Source of the DNA: Ministeria vibrans ATCC 50519
Taxonomy: Eukaryota; Protista; Filasterea
Reading direction: 5' to 3'
Length of the DNA: 38,596 bases
Assembly (NCBI GenBank): GCA_943704425.1
Contig: CALSCP010002434.1
Location: 17,133 to 55,728, forward strand
The notes below the pieces were generated by a model. It was not told where the DNA came from. It ran no database searches and saw nothing but the letters and a program-made list of their open reading frames with translations. Shown here piece by piece: positions 22,892 through 37,400 of the stretch. Numbering within the stretch: position 1 is the stretch's first letter; each line of letters opens with the position of its first letter. A program made the position numbers and the translations under genes.

Positions 22892-24764
22892 ATGCCTGAC
22901 ACCGAGTAGGCACTATTGGGTTTGTTTCCATAGTACTAAAGGGCTTCTTTTTCTTTTTCTTTTTTTCCGTTGTCAAGGAAACCCGAGTCTGTCGCAGCCG
23001 CCGCCGAAGAGGCCTCTGAAGCGGCCGTTGCGTCTGCTGGACCGACGTCTGTAGTTGCAGAGACAACTTCCGCAGCAGCAGCCAAGGAAGAAAAGGCACC
23101 GTCGCGCCCAACAAGTGCGGTTGCGAAAACTGAGAAAGTTGCTTCGCGACCGACAAGCGGAAAAGCGAAAGGCAACTTGACGCCCGCCGGCTTGCGTCCC
23201 ACCAGTTCTAAAACGAAGCCCGAAAGTGCTTCCGAGCCTGCGGCAGCGTTAATCGCAACAGAGGAGGCAAACCCAGCGACACCAAATCCCGCAGTAACGA
23301 AAGTGTCAAAGCCGTCCACTCCCAAGGCAGTGTCGAAGCCATCGACTCCCAAGCCGTCCGCTCCCAAGGCAGTGTCAAAGCCATCCACCCCCAAACCATC
23401 GACACCCAAAGCAGTATCAAAGCCATCGACTCCTAAGCCATCGACACCCCAGCCATCAGCACCCAAGCCATCGACTCCCAAGGCAGTGTCAAAGCCATCC
23501 ACTCCCAAGGCAGTGTCAAAGCCATCCACCCCCAAGCCGTCGACACCCAAGGCAGTGTCAAAGCCATCGACTCCCAAGCCATCGACTCCTAAGGCAGTGT
23601 CAAAGCCATCGACTCCCAAGCCATCGACACCCCAGCCATCAGCATCCAAGCCATCGACTCCCAAGGCAGTGTCAAAGCCATCGACTCCCAAGCCATCGAC
23701 ACCCCAGCCATCAGCATCCAAGCCGTCAACTCCCAAGGCAGTGTCAAAGCCATCAACTCCGAAACAATCGACATCCAAGCCATCAACTGCTGCTCCCGCC
23801 ACGGCAACAGCCACTACCACCACAACCCCCAAATCCTCCTCCAAACCCTCCACTCCCAAGCCCTCTTCCATTCCCCGTGTCAGCTCGCCTCTCGTTCCAA
23901 AGAAGGATCAACCCTTAAAGTCAACGTCTCCCGCCCCCCAGTAAAACACCCACAACACACACACACACACACGAAGTATATTATTTTGAGTCTTTCTTTC
24001 TGCTCTTCTTTTTTCTTTCTTCCTTGGGGTCAAGATTGAGTGGTACTGCTTTAGATTCGGCGCTTGAGACATCTTTCACTGCATATGTTACTTTCGGTGG
24101 CGGAAAAGACTCTGTCAAAATGACTGGTACAACATTCACTATTCCTTCAAAATCCAATTTACCGAGTTCTTTTTGCACATTTTTGTAGGAAAACAATTTG
24201 ACAAATGGGCAAAAGAAGCAAAAGTGATTGGAATCAACGGAGTAACGTCCACAGACACCGACATTGCGTTTTCCAAAGTGGCGCGTGGACAGAAGCCGGT
24301 GGGACTAGACGGAATTCGAGAGATAGTACTCGAAATTGCCCGCAAAGTGGGAAAAGCGGAAGCGAAGAAGAAAAAGGAGGGCGAAGAGACTCTCATTGCC
24401 CATTGGAACGAAAAAATTATCCACAAGGTACGAGAAATTCACCGCTACGAAGCTCAAAAGAATAATGCGGAGAAACACCTTATTATTGCAGTTGGCAAAT
24501 GCAATGCCAAAACTTCAAGGAACGACAAAAGTGAGCAACGTGGGGAACGTGGAGGGTCTTACTGACACTGCAAAGTACACTGGTACCCACAAAGAGCGTT
24601 TTGACAAAGGTACAAACTTTTTTTTTATCATTTTTTTGACATATTTTTTTGTTTTTTCTTCAGATGGAAAAGGAAAAGGAAAAGTGGGACGGGAAGACAT
24701 TGTGAAGAGCAAAGGTTTTGTGGGCGCATACAAGGGAGAGGGAACATACGACAAAACACATTAA
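22892..24764 (+). CDS. TPPP: Long-type tubulin polymerization-promoting protein (p25alpha) with ~330-aa low-complexity N-terminal extension, 6 exons
   Basis: Micro-exon MPDTE (22892-22905), then repeat exon 22978-23940, then F..Y..FG..KMTGKQFDKWAKEAKVI..VTSTDTDIAFSKV, LTDTAKYTGTHKERFD, the Rossmann-like GKGKGKVGRED and GFVGAYKGEGTYDK. Confidence 0.88.
23300..23790 (+). repeat. Coding minisatellite: KAVSKPSTP (27 nt) and KPSTP/QPSA (15 nt) units
   Basis: AAGGCAGTGTCAAAGCCATCGACTCCC and AAGCCATCGAC(T/A)CC units repeat with mainly synonymous variation, giving about 20 PSTP motifs. Confidence 0.95.
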
Positions 24765-24925
24765 AAAGTGAGATAAATCAATAAAACTGAAACAAGCTGT
24801 GAAGCAAACGAAAATGACTCTGTATTTCATTTGTTTCAATTTCTTGCGTGTTTCGGGACTAAGTATCGCGGAAATAAAAGTTCGATCTCAAGGTTTTCTT
24901 TCAATCAATGTAAAGAACCCCCCCC

Positions 24926-24935
24926 NNNNNNNNNN
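24926..24935. other. Assembly gap (N x10)
   Basis: Run of N after a C homopolymer. A second gap lies at 31783-31789 within a GA repeat. Confidence 0.99.
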
Positions 24936-25034
24936 GATGTTACCTCAAGCACGTCGACACGACGGCGATGCTCCAGAATCATACCAAGATACTGATTGAA
25001 TGAAAGAATACAAAAAGAGGGAATATATAATTAT

Positions 25035-26729
<1,695 letters not shown>

Positions 26730-26888
26730 TTATAATAATGATTATTCAATATTCATTATTCAGTTGTGTGATGGATGATCAATGAGTTGAACGAAAAACT
26801 TAGTTTCAACTTTCAAAAAATATTTTCACAACGACGGACGTGACATCCCTTTGATAGTTGCTCTGTCAGCGTCTCAAGTCTCAACGAC

Positions 26889-28597
26889 ATGATCATTCGA
26901 TTGAGAAAGGGCCTCCTTGTCGTCGCATCCGTCTCGCTCGTTCTCATTGTCACGTTCTGTCTGTCGGGCAGATTCGAAGATCCGATCCGGCGCTCTGACC
27001 GTTCTACAGAGCTCCCGGTGCTCCCTGTGGGCGACTACAGCAATGAAAACGCAACCCCGTACATGCTACGTACCAAGGCGGGCAGGAGGGATGAGACCAG
27101 TCAGGAATCTTCGTTGACGAGACCTTCTTTGCCCGACTCTGAATCCGCGCTCCCTCCCTCGAGAGCCTCTTCCGCCTCCGTTGAAGCCAACGCATTGCCT
27201 GAACCCAAGGCATTCCCGGCCAACAATCCAGCTCTGTCGTCGCCAGGTGTCGTCCAAGACTGAAACGCACACCATTTCTAAATTGCCCTACCTTGCAGCG
27301 ACAACGACGCCACTCAGCGTTATTCTTACACAGCAGCAGAATCTCACGGACACGCTCCGGGGGATCGTCAAGCATCCCGCAGAGTGTGCGCTTATGTTTT
27401 ATCCGGTTGCGGCCAACGTTGGCGATTCTGTTCTCACGTATGGAGCGATGAAGCTCGCCGACGCAGTTGGTCTGAACATCACTCTGATGGTGTCCCGACA
27501 TGTACGTGCCAGGCGCACTCTCGCTTCGCATCCCACGCACTCACCTCCTCATGAACCCACTCCCCTCACATCCCACGCACTCACCCCTCATGAACTCACC
27601 CTCCTCACATCCCACGCACCCACCCTCTCATGAACCCACCCCCTCATGAACCCACTCCGTTTTTCTCTTGTCGTTGTGTTAGATTTGGCTGGGCATCCCG
27701 TTGGAGGACAAGCAACGGTACCTTGACAACCGCATTCTTCTTCTCAACGGCGGCGGCAACATGGGCCAGCTGTGGAGCTTCCAGCCCTACTATACGCGAC
27801 TCATCGACCAGTTCCCGAACAACACCATCATTCATATGCCACAGTCTATTGCAATCACCGACGACGCCAAGTTTATGCGTGAGCATGGTGTTGTGTACGA
27901 GCGACATGCGCACCTGTATCTGCTCCTGCGCGACCAGTTCTCCTACGACACTGCCACACGGCTCTTTCCCACTCTACACGCTCGACAGCGCATCTTTCTC
28001 ACCAGCGACACGGCCTTTGCACTCGGCCCGCTCACACTCCCAGTGCCGTATCGCAGCGCAGCCAAGCCCATTGTATGGCTCGATCGCCAGGACCGCGAGT
28101 CCAACTCCAACATGAGTGTGAGCGCAGAGAGGTTCTGCAAGTCATTGCGTCTGTGCGAACAGCTGGTTTTTGGCCCGTGCGACTGGGTCCGACCCATGCC
28201 GCGGGTTCCCGAGCCACCAGACGCGCGTCTCTCCAAGTATCTCGCTCATTCGTACAGCGCCTTTGCGACCCTCCGTGACGCACCACTGCTCACGCAGACC
28301 AAACTGCGCATTCTGCAAGAGTATTTCCGCACCGAGATGGAACGGGGCCTTGCTACCATTGCCCTTGGCCACGTTGCACTGTGCAACCGTCTGCACTGTC
28401 AAATTCTGTCTGTGCTTGCGCGTCGACCAGTCGTTGTGATTCCGTCCAAGACACAAAAGGACACACACTACTATGACACATGGCACTTTCACCTCAACAG
28501 CAGCTCTCTTGTGCTCCAGCGCAATGGCAATGTCACAGAGGCAATGCAGCGCGCTTATCAGTTGTACAAGGACGACGGAGGAATAGAGCGCATCTGA
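26889..28597 (+). CDS. Polysaccharide/glycan pyruvyltransferase (PS_pyruv_trans, Pvg1/EpsO-like), type II membrane protein, 3 exons
   Basis: N-terminal TM anchor and Ser/Pro stem, then NVGDS, GGGNMGQLW, HMPQSI, LLRDQFSY, SDTAFALG and NRLHCQILS, the ordered motifs of this family. Confidence 0.82.
27527..27658. repeat. Imperfect C-rich intronic tandem repeat
   Basis: Alternating CATCCCACGCAC(T/C)CACC and CTCATGAAC(C/T)CAC modules, 3-4 copies, inside intron 2 of the pyruvyltransferase. Confidence 0.8.
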
Positions 28598-28727
28598 CAC
28601 GTGCACGCGAATGCGAAAAAGTCACACAATAGGAAGAAACTATCTGAGTGTGAGAGAGAGAGTGAGAGAGAGAAAGCTCTTTTTTCCTTATAATTTCATT
28701 GAGTACAATCGTTTTGATTAATTTTTA

Positions 28728-31409
28728 TCAGTGTATCATATGCGCACAGTCTGTGGGACACTCTGCGTGTCCAATGGCAGTGCGCAAAGGCCCAGCAAGG
28801 TGTACAAAGTACTCGAGACACAAGTTAACAAGGCTCGTATGGAATGAGTGTGGGGAGACGAGCGAGAGAAGTACAAGCGAGCGGGGCACCTCGGTGTGCA
28901 CGAATGCATTGGCGACAAACCGAGCAGCAGCGACAGCACAGCTCCCGCCTGTGCTTTCCACCAGTGTCACAATATTAGGGAATTCAGTGCGCATTCGTTG
29001 GTCCACTGTGCTTCCCATGTGCACTGTGTCGAGCTCAGGCGAGTTGTTGAGCTGCTCTTCAAGTCTGTAGTGAACAGCAAGTGTCTTCCATGGAGTGTCT
29101 GTGACCTGAGAGTGCAGAGGAAGCCTATTGAAATGGTGGAGAATAGGGCCATTGACCGAGTCACGGGCGGTCCAAAGCTCTGCAATGAGTGCGCAGCTCA
29201 AATTACCCTCTTTGCGCACACGAGAGATAATCTCTATCACATCGACACTCTCCGCGTGTCCGAGTGACGTCTTTAGATCTGTGGGCATCAAATCAGATTC
29301 ACTGCACGAAAGATTGTCCGCACAGTCAAAATAGAGCCGTGTGAGAATACGATGGCGTTTGAGCGTCAGTGGCTCTACCATCACGCGGTTGTCCAGTCCG
29401 ATTTCGTCACGCTGTTGCCGCAGAAGAGCCTCACGCAAATGCCACTCCTTGTCCAAAAATGCGCTGACACTCAAGGTATTGTGTGCAACGATACTCTCCA
29501 GAAGCTCAAGCCCGAAGAGGTGAAGGTTGTCACGCGCCGGTCGCACTGTTGTGTCGAGTCGTAGCCAGTCGTGGAGCAAACTGCTCACAATGGGAATGTG
29601 GTGGACATGCAACACGGACCGACACAGCCAGTGAAGTTGGTCCGTTGCGAAATTGCAAGTAGCGTGCGCTATGGCATCTTGAACACATTCCTTTAAAAGT
29701 GTCTCAAGCAAAGGAAGGCCGCTGTTGTACAGCGCCAGATTGGCAATGGCACGTCGATGAACTGCGGTCGGAATGAGACGCAGGGAAGAAAGAGTAAAAT
29801 GTGCAAGTGGTGAGCTGTTGTTGAGCAGCAGACGTGCGCCCAATGGGGTTTGTGCTATGTACAGGAAAAGTCTGTGGGTGTCGGGTGAGGGAGAAAGTGT
29901 TTGAATGACGGGCAAAAGTGGCGCTGGAGCGTAAAGGGCCAGTAGTTGGCAGACACAGTACAGGTCTGTTGAGGGAGTGGGCGAGTGCAAAAGGGAAAAG
30001 TGAGCGGGGTCGGAGAGGAATAGAGTGCGTCCATGGGTGCATTGGCAAAGAGTGTGTAGAAATGCGTAGAGTGATGCAGTGGGCACGGGAGACACATGAG
30101 CAAGGTGTTGGCCGGAGAGGAGTGTTGGCGAGTGTGCGGCAATAACTTGAAGTGCCTCGGGATGCACCACGAGCAGGGCAAGTGTCGGGTCAGGGTCGGG
30201 AAACACCACTGTGCGCGTGTGGTGATAGGAAAGCAGATACGAGGCAATCATGGCGGTGTAGCGATGAAACGAATGTTGTTTATGTTGTTGACGCAGAATG
30301 CTGTTGAGGGAGTCATCCAAGCGGAGGGATGGTTGGGCGGCAATGGCTCTGGCAAAGTGAGTGCGTCCGCGGGCACAGCGGAGAAACTGAGCAAACCAAG
30401 ATGCAGTGGGGTCGACCAGGGCATCACTGCATGCAAAGAGTGACCTTGAGGGTGCCGTGAGGACCTCATGAAGGTGAAGGAGAGTGGCAGTGGCGAGCGA
30501 GCGCAGAGCGTTTTCGGAGACGCGCGCTTGCACTCGCGCCAGTTCAAGTTGGAGTTTATTGAGGGCAGTGGCGAGTGCACGGCAGTCATGGAGCTCCCTA
30601 TTTTGCGTTGGCAGACGTTGCATGGCTTCCATGAGGCTCACAAGTGCGCTCACAGCCATGTCAGAGGAGCCCGTCTGGAAAATGCGAGTGTACATTTCAA
30701 GGGCACTCTCCAATAGCGTGTGTGTTTCGAGTGCAAGGCACAGGCTCTCCTGGACGTTTTTCCAGAGACGCGAGTCACCTGCGAGTTCGGTAGGCGAAAA
30801 ATCCATGAGGGTATCCATGGCGACGCGGCGCTGAGACGCTTCGGCGGAGGCATCGAGCAGCACTTGCACGGCCGCCTCAAGGTTGTCTTGGGACGGAAAC
30901 GAAAAGAGAGACGAGTTGATAGAGGAGCAAGGGGATGAGTGACACGACGACGTGGGATCGTGGTCAATGGAGGCGTTGTCAACACACTCTTGGATTTCAC
31001 TCTGTGAAGGAAGTTTGGGTCAAAATTTTAGTTTTGCCTATAAATATTTGCGCTGTTTACCGTAAGATTGAGGGAAAAGCGTGCAAACTCGGGGGAGTCT
31101 AGAATGTGTGCAATGGATAGGGGTTCAATGGGACTGCGGGAGAGGGAATGAGGGGCGAGCTGGCTGTCAATGGTGTCCTTGAAGGTATCACGAAGACGAC
31201 GACGCACTTCAACGACAAGCGGGTGCTTGTTGAAGACGCCGTGGACGTCCTCGAGCAGCCTACGCTGGTGCGTGGCCGTGGAGCTGGTGCAGGGCGTCTC
31301 TATTCAAACGGAAGGAATCACAAATGAACGACAAAATGTTGGAATTACGTTTGTTGACAGAGATTGAAAGTCTCCGCAAAAGATCATTCACGTCCTCTTG
31401 GAGGCTCAT
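28728..31409 (-). CDS. TBC1D32: BROMI/TBC1D32-like ciliary protein, 3 exons
   Basis: Blocks match recalled human BROMI in order. LLRRLSISVNK ~ MLRRLFQSVKEK; FNKHPLVVEVR ~ FHNYEFVKYLR; LDAS..RRVAMDTL..PTEL..W ~ LDPG..RYEALQTL..PSDV..W; LVDPTASWF ~ LVDIKAVWF; VMVEPLTLKRHRIL ~ IIIDALSVERNHVL. Confidence 0.72.
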
Positions 31410-31532
31410 CAAGACGTATATACTTGTGAGAGCTCTGACAACAAATTCAAGAAAGAAAAATATTATCTTGAAATTTGAATAATGAATACAAATTATTACA
31501 ACATTGGTTGGGACTTATACATTTCATTGTAT

Positions 31533-34029
31533 TCAGAGCAGCGCACGCGAATCAGACTCATCTTCCTCTTCAAAATCATCTTCTACTTGTGCGGGTCTCA
31601 ACGACTCTGTGCGCTGACTATTCAGCTCATTCATCCCAATCACATCTAAAGAGAGAAAGAGACAAAAAGAGAAAGAAAGAGAGAAGAGAAGAGAGAGAGG
31701 AGGGAGCGAGAAACGAAAGTTATAGAGTGGGTGAGAGGGTGTGAGAGATGCGAAAAATACAGTATGATAGAGAGAGAGAGAGNNNNNNNGGAGGGAGAAA
31801 GGAAGCGATAGAGAGATTACGCGTGAACAAACAAAAAGCGCGCAGTCATCAAAACAATCAGAAGAAACACAAAAACAAAAAATAACAAACAAATTAAATA
31901 TTATTATACATAATACCGTTGAGGTTTGTTGGTGACTCACTATCATCTTTTTTGATTCGTTTGATACGATCAAAATGCCACAAAAGCGCAAATTCGTGTC
32001 GGAACAGCGCATAGGAGCCAACAGAGCATAACATAAGAGGAACGATGTACATTAAAGCGGGCTAAAACGAAAAAAAGGAAATAAGAAACGTTGGTGTGTA
32101 AAACTGCGTTACTTGAGCTTTTTCCATGAGAGTCACTCCAAGGTAAGCACAAAAGAGAGACAGAGTATAGAAAATGAGCGCAATCAGTTGGTATTGACTT
32201 GTCGACTGTGCCAAAGTTCCATTCACTACAAAAAAGGCAAAACATTAAAATAAAATAATTTAGTCGGATGGTTTAAAGCGCAAGAATTCGGAATGAAACA
32301 ATAAAGTATGATTAGTATACTTTTGAGGTGCCGGTCGATTCGAGCGCACAATCCAACGAGTAGTCCCGGAATGGCCATGTCGCCAAACCCTAGTTGCGAA
32401 TAGCTCAAGTCACACACTCGAAACTGTAAAGGAAGTGTTATGATAGGTCTGCTGAATGGGATGGTAGTTTTTCTGACTGGATCATTGAAAAGCGGCATTT
32501 TGTAAGTAAGTGGAAGTTCTTCTCCACTCGACCTAAATGGAATGGGAAGACGAAAAAAAGAGAGTTAGAGTGAGTGTTGTCTAAAAATGTTTGCAGCATA
32601 ATGAATGGATGTGTTATTATAGTTATGTTGAGCGTGTGTGGGACTGTGATGGAATGAATGGAATGTATTGTGGTGAGTTGGGGTGGTGTTTTGGGACTGA
32701 AATGAGTATGCGTGTTGTATTTCGGTTACCCTCTGTGGATTGCAACGTGCTCCATTACGGATGTGTGTGATTTGGTCAAAAGAGGAGTCACAAACACAAA
32801 GAATATGTCATACACAAAAAATAGACACAATCCAATTGTGCAGATCTATACAAGAAGGGTGTAAAAAAGAAAAATAATGAAGAACTTTTCAGCATTTTCG
32901 TCTTTTGATTTAATCACACACAATATAAAAACAGCAATAATATTATTATTATACTATTGGGAAATAGACGATACCTTGAAGTTTGGAAGATTGATGGAAC
33001 GAATGAGAGTGACAATGACGGCAAAGCCGCAAAGGTCTTGGAGAGCCCAAGCAAAGGACGAGTGGCGGAAGACAGCCCATGTGACGGGAAGGACTGCGCT
33101 GAGAAGAAAGAGGACAATCTGTATGTGTTGGTAGAGTGTGAGTGATTGTGCGAGGGCGGAAAAAATTCTGTGTGTTGCGTGTGACCTGGAAGAACTTTTT
33201 GGAGGGTATGAGCGGTGAGAGAAGAAGATAGACTGAGAGACAGGAGAGGAGGACAAAGAGGACGATAAAGAGGTAGACAAGGTAGGCAAAAAAGAAGTAG
33301 AGGAGGAGGAGGGTGGTGGAGGACATGAGGAGGAGAGACACGGCGGACTTCCATGTGAGGTGCATGTTGTCCGACTCCTCCTCATTGTTGTTGCTGTTGG
33401 CGTCGTCGGTGCTGGTGTGGCATGGTGTCGTGGAGCCCATGAAGACTGTGAGAACCGCGAGGATGACAAGGGCGATAAAGGCGGCGTTGAATGGGTGTGT
33501 GGAGGTGGAGAGGGCGGTGGTGTAGAGGCGGACGCCGATGGAGGGCTCCTTTGAGGCGAGGGCGTCGCCGTCGCTTTTGGAGACCATGCCCACGGGTATA
33601 TTAATGGCATCGTAGTCATAGGTGGCATTGGTGGGGCCCGGGATAGTCATGGTGGCGATATTCGGACTGTTGTTGCGAATAATGATCGCACTTGCGCCGG
33701 CTCGCTCAACATTCATTGACTTGTTCGCAAACGAACATGCGCCGCGCATCACGAGGCTGACACCGTCATTTGAGATGGTCGGCACGTCCACGCAGGCGGT
33801 CTCGGGGTCGGCGGGCACGAGGGGCGAGAAGGAGAGGGGTGGGGACGTGGGAAGTTCTTGGGCGAGACAGACGAGTTCAGTTTCGGCTTGTACACACATG
33901 GCTGGCCCGCTTACCGGCAAACAAAGAGTTGTACATGAAGCAATAGACGCTTCCATCACTAGTCTCGACAAAGCCAAGCGATGCGCCGGCCGGGACTGTC
34001 AGGACAGCGGCCAAAAGCAAAAACAGCAT
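31533..34029 (-). CDS. SPPL2: Signal peptide peptidase-like 2 (PA domain plus GxGD intramembrane aspartyl protease), ~9 exons
   Basis: Signal peptide MLFLLLAAVLTVPAGA; PA domain LVMRGACSFANK..AGASAIII; WALQD; LPNFK; catalytic FVYDIFFVF and QLGFGDMAIPGLL; QPALMYIVP; acidic tail ending in LL. Confidence 0.92.
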
Positions 34030-34420
34030 ATTGTGTTGTTTTGCACAGACAAACGCCACTTCTGGCACGCGCGGATTCGATGATTATGATTAGCAAGACC
34101 GCAGGGGAGAGAAAAGAGGGGTCAGTTTAGCAGAGACAAGCAGTTGAATATGTGTGTGACTGAATATTTGTCTGACTTCAGTGATCAGTCTTCACTCAAA
34201 CACTATCGTACACCAATAGTGACACTATCCGCCACCTATCCATGCGTGGTCCACGCTCAGATCACTGCGATTAGCAATTTAGATGATCAGCGAGCGACGA
34301 GCCATTCAGTCTCGCAGTCTGAGTGAGAAAGGCAGAACAATCACAACGAATGATGACGATAGCTCATTCATATCTGTGGATTTCACAATAATAATCAATT
34401 TATTTGTTGTTCTCGGCGCC

Positions 34421-37400
34421 ATGCTAACCCAATTCCAAAGGGAGGCTTTGGGGGATGTGATCAACGAAGACGCGCTTTGGATTATGGCGGCGGGCCTTGG
34501 CTGTGATCGAGTGATGATGTCGTTTCTCGAGATCCACTGTGTCCCCGAGTCGCTCGTGCTCGTCATCAACACCTCCAGCAACCAGGTAGGCGTGCAGTAT
34601 CTCCATCACGCCGCGCACACACACGCCATTCCATCTCGTTCCTTCGTTCGGTGGCGCAGGAGGAAACGTTTGTCAACGAACTTCGTCTCGCGTCGGTTCC
34701 TCACCAGCCGTTAAGCGTCACCACAGCGACGGCGCCCACCGACCGAACGCAGACGTACGAGCGTGGCGGTGTCCTCTTCATGTCGTCGCGTCTGCTGGTG
34801 GTGGATTTGCTCAAGAAGCGTCTGCCGTCCAATGTGTCGGGTGTGGTGGTGTGGTCGGCCGAGCGCGTTTCCGAAACGAGCATGGAGGCGTTCATCTTGC
34901 GTCTCTTCCACGAGCAGCACCCCGATGCCTTCATCAAGGCGTTTAGCGAGAACGCCGACTCGTTCATCTCGGGCTTTATGAAAATCGAAAAGTAAAGTGC
35001 ACAATTGATTGAGACGTAGTGCGCTAACCACCTCTCTTCCGCAGACTGTTGAAACGTCTGCATGTGTCACACCTTCGATTGTGGCCGCGCTTCCACTTGG
35101 TTGTTGGTACCTCGCTGCCTACCACGCTTGAAGTGGTTGAGATTGCTGTACCTCTGAGTGCGACCATGGCGCGGGTGCAGACGGCCGTTTTGCAGATTAT
35201 GGAGGCGTGTCTTCAGGAGGTGCGTCGTGCCCACCCGTCCATTGACGCGACTGAATTTACCATCGAGAGTGGCCTCTTTGCGTCGTTTGACACTGTGCTC
35301 AAATCGCAGCTGGCACCCATCTGGCATAGCGTTTCCAGCAAGACGCAGCAGCTTGTTGGCGACCTGCGCTCGCTCCGCATCCTCTTGCAGCATCTCACCA
35401 ACTACGACTGCGTCACATTCAATGGGTTTCTTGAGACACTGCGCACCAGTTCGCGTGCCTACAACGAATTTTCGCCCTGGCTTCTCCTCGACGCGGCAGA
35501 CCATCTCTTTGCCAATGCACGCGATCGTGTCTACGTCATGGAGAAGCTTGTACCGCATGCGAGTAGCAATGGCGCCAAGCGCCCCAAACACGATGGAGGC
35601 CGAAAGGGCAAAGAACCCAAGTTGAGGGAGGAGGAGGAGAAGAAGAAGGAAGGGGTGGAGGGAGAGGAAGAGGAATGGCAAACAATGGCGAATGGTCGTC
35701 GCATGCGACTGGTGCTCGAGGAGAATCCCAAGTGGAAGTGTGTCGCGGACATTCTCGATGAGATTGATACGTTTTACGCGGACGGCAGTGAGGAAGTGTT
35801 GGTGTCGGAGGCGGAGAAGAAGACAACGAAAAAGGCGACAAAGGAGCCTAAGTGGGCAGCGCGCGAGGAGGCCACGAAGAATGTGCTGCGGTCGGTGGAG
35901 CGCAGACCGACTCTCATTTTGGTGAGTGACGATCGTGCTGCGGCGCAACTGCGTGATTTTCTTACTCTGGGTGGCCGTGCAATGCTGCGGCGTCGCTTTC
36001 TGCGATTGTGCGAATGGCAAAAGGATCTTCGGGCACTTTCGGCCTCGGTGCTACTTCCAGCCTCCAAGGGGAAGACACTCACGCCGGCGACGCTGACAAA
36101 GATGGCTCCGCACGAGCGAGCAGAAGCGATGCGCAAAGCCGGCATGCGACCATCGCAAGGGATCCGTGATCGACGCAAACGACGACGCGAAGAACAAGAG
36201 GCTGTGGCAATGATCACGGCTGACGCAGCAACGGGAGCTAACGATGACGAAGAGGATGCGCTGACCAAATTTCTCGGCGACGAGAGTATGGTCTATCGCG
36301 AAATGCTGGATCGCACCGAAGCTCAGTCGCCCACCAAGACGAAAACCGGTGAAGCGGTTTCGGCAAAGCGAACAACGACAACGACAATCACGACTTCTTC
36401 CGCTACAAGTAGCACTGCGACCACGGCTTCTATTGCTACTTCTGCTGCTTCAACGTCAAGTACAACGGGAAAAAGCGATGACGACTGCGCAGGGGACAGG
36501 ACAGATGTGTTTGACCACTTTGATGAGCACTTTAGCATTGTGAACGAACCGTTTGTGGTTATTCAGCCGATTCGCACCGCCTCGTTTGGTCCTGTCTATA
36601 TGCCACGTGTGCTCGAAGATCTTGCACCCCACTTGGTTGTGCTGTACGATGCAGACCTCACATCTTTGCGACAGCTGGAGGTGTTCAAGGCAACGCGAGC
36701 GGCGGGTACGCCATTGCGCATCTACAAATTATACTACGACCAGAGTGTGGAAGAGCAACGGTTTCTCACAAAGGTGCGACGCGAAAAGGATGGCTTTACC
36801 AATCTGATTCGCGAGAAGGAAGTGATTGCCGTGACGCATCGAGACGGTGTGGAAGAGGCAGAGCTGCTGCAACGTACTGGTGGTGGTGGTGGTGGTGGTA
36901 TTGGGGCTGGTGCGTCGACACGAATAGGCGGTACTGCAGTGGGGTTGGTGAACAATGTGATGACGGTTGTATCGAAGCGGACACGCGTCAAGGTGGTGGT
37001 GGACATGCGGGAGTTTCGCAGTGCACTGCCGGGCATGCTGCACGGCCAAGGGCTGAGTGTTCTACCGTGCACGCTTGAGGTGGGCGACTACATTCTGACG
37101 CCGCAGATTTGTGTGGAGCGCAAGAGTGTGCCTGATCTGATTGGTTCGCTGGCGTCGGGACGGCTGTTCACGCAGTGCGAGTCAATGTGTCGCTTCTATA
37201 AGGTGCCAGTGTTACTCATTGAGTTTGAGGAGGGTCACGCTTTTTCACTGCAGAGCCGTCGCGAGATTGGCAGTGATCTGAGCTACCGTAACATTGTGTC
37301 AAAATTGGCTCTGCTCACACTGCACTTTCCTTTACTGCGTCTGCTTTGGTCTCCGTCAGCACACGCGACGGCTGTGCTCTTTCGTGAGCTTAAGCAAAAG

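Noticed and set aside
22936-23871. 311-aa minus-strand ORF with GVDGFDTAL repeats
   Set aside because: It is the antisense shadow of the TPPP repeat exon, which splices in phase into the p25 domain.
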